Assembly (NCBI GenBank): GCA_904419005.1
Contig: CAJFQI010000004.1
Span: forward strand, 783 to 64,782
Source of the DNA: Candidatus Avimonas faecium
GTDB taxonomy: Bacteria; Bacillota; Clostridia; Oscillospirales; Acutalibacteraceae
Direction of reading: 5' to 3'
DNA: 64,000 bases
Positions 63,883 through 64,000 of this stretch are shown here, one piece after another. The notes beneath the pieces are model-generated. The model was not told where the DNA came from. It worked only from the letters and a program-made list of their open reading frames with translations, and did no database searches. A program made the translations under genes and the position numbers. Each line of letters opens with the position of its first letter. Within the stretch, counting starts at the first letter, position 1.

Positions 63883-64000
63883 ATGGATTACAACACGAGA
63901 CCGTATTTTTATGGCACCGGCCGGAGAAAGAGTTCGGTGGCCCGGGTTCGCCTTTACGCCGGCACCGGCGCGATCACCATCAACGGCCGCTCCATTGACG
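63883..64000 (+). CDS. rpsI: 30S ribosomal protein S9, N-terminal fragment (runs off the right edge)
   Basis: My own translation from ATG 63883 behind GGAAGGAGG: [39 protein letters not shown]. This is the S9 signature (GRRKxxxARV). Confidence 0.9.
   Translation, partial: MDYNTRPYFYGTGRRKSSVARVRLYAGTGAITINGRSID

Noticed and set aside
1-64000. A window-wide search by eye for tRNA/rRNA genes, CRISPR arrays, IS elements, integrases and prophage structural genes.
   Set aside because: I saw no T-loop GGTTCGAATCC-type motifs in intergenic DNA, no regularly spaced 25-40-nt repeats, and no DDE, tyrosine or serine recombinase signatures in any ORF. The absence rests on manual reading only and should be confirmed with tRNAscan-SE, Infernal, CRISPRCasFinder and ISEScan.

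Overview
This is a 64-kb segment of a high-GC, Gram-positive (Clostridia-type) chromosome; the gene content and order look Oscillospiraceae-like, but that is inference only. No database search was possible, so every family call rests on motifs read in the ORF-track translations and on remembered family signatures. Coding density is high and mostly housekeeping. I recognise:
- trxA/trxB, glgP, pduL, cdd-rsmA and murI-DUF1934-argS.
- The rpmG-secE-nusG-rplKAJL cluster with an L10-leader attenuator.
- proS, mtaB, pgi, yceD-rpmF, DUF512-der-plsY-gpsA, dnaD-like/dnaI and rplM-rpsI.

Many track ORFs carry spurious N-terminal extensions, and there are long antisense ORFs. Both are artefacts of stop-codon-poor GC-rich DNA. 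I trimmed starts to the first ATG/GTG/TTG that sits behind a Shine-Dalgarno sequence. I saw no tRNA, rRNA, CRISPR array, transposase or integrase.

The strongest anomaly is a low-GC islet at about 12.3-14.7 kb. Hand counts give 30-33% G+C there against about 75% in the neighbouring rsmA. It carries an orphan radical-SAM enzyme, an XRE regulator, an orphan ribbon-helix-helix protein and a perfect palindromic operator, and I rank it as the best candidate for an undescribed accessory system.

Other points worth a second look:
- A Zn-ribbon/pseudokinase/PASTA membrane protein next to dnaI.
- A mini P-loop ATPase paired with a CofE-like ligase.
- A corrinoid-protein/RACo/DUF2284/PocR-AraC module with no methyltransferases nearby.
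- An orphan OadB plus an untracked 57-aa OadG-like gene.
- Several motif-dead paralogues: a PBP5-like protein, a homocysteine methyltransferase-like protein, an HPr/Crh-like protein and a TrxR without an NADPH site.
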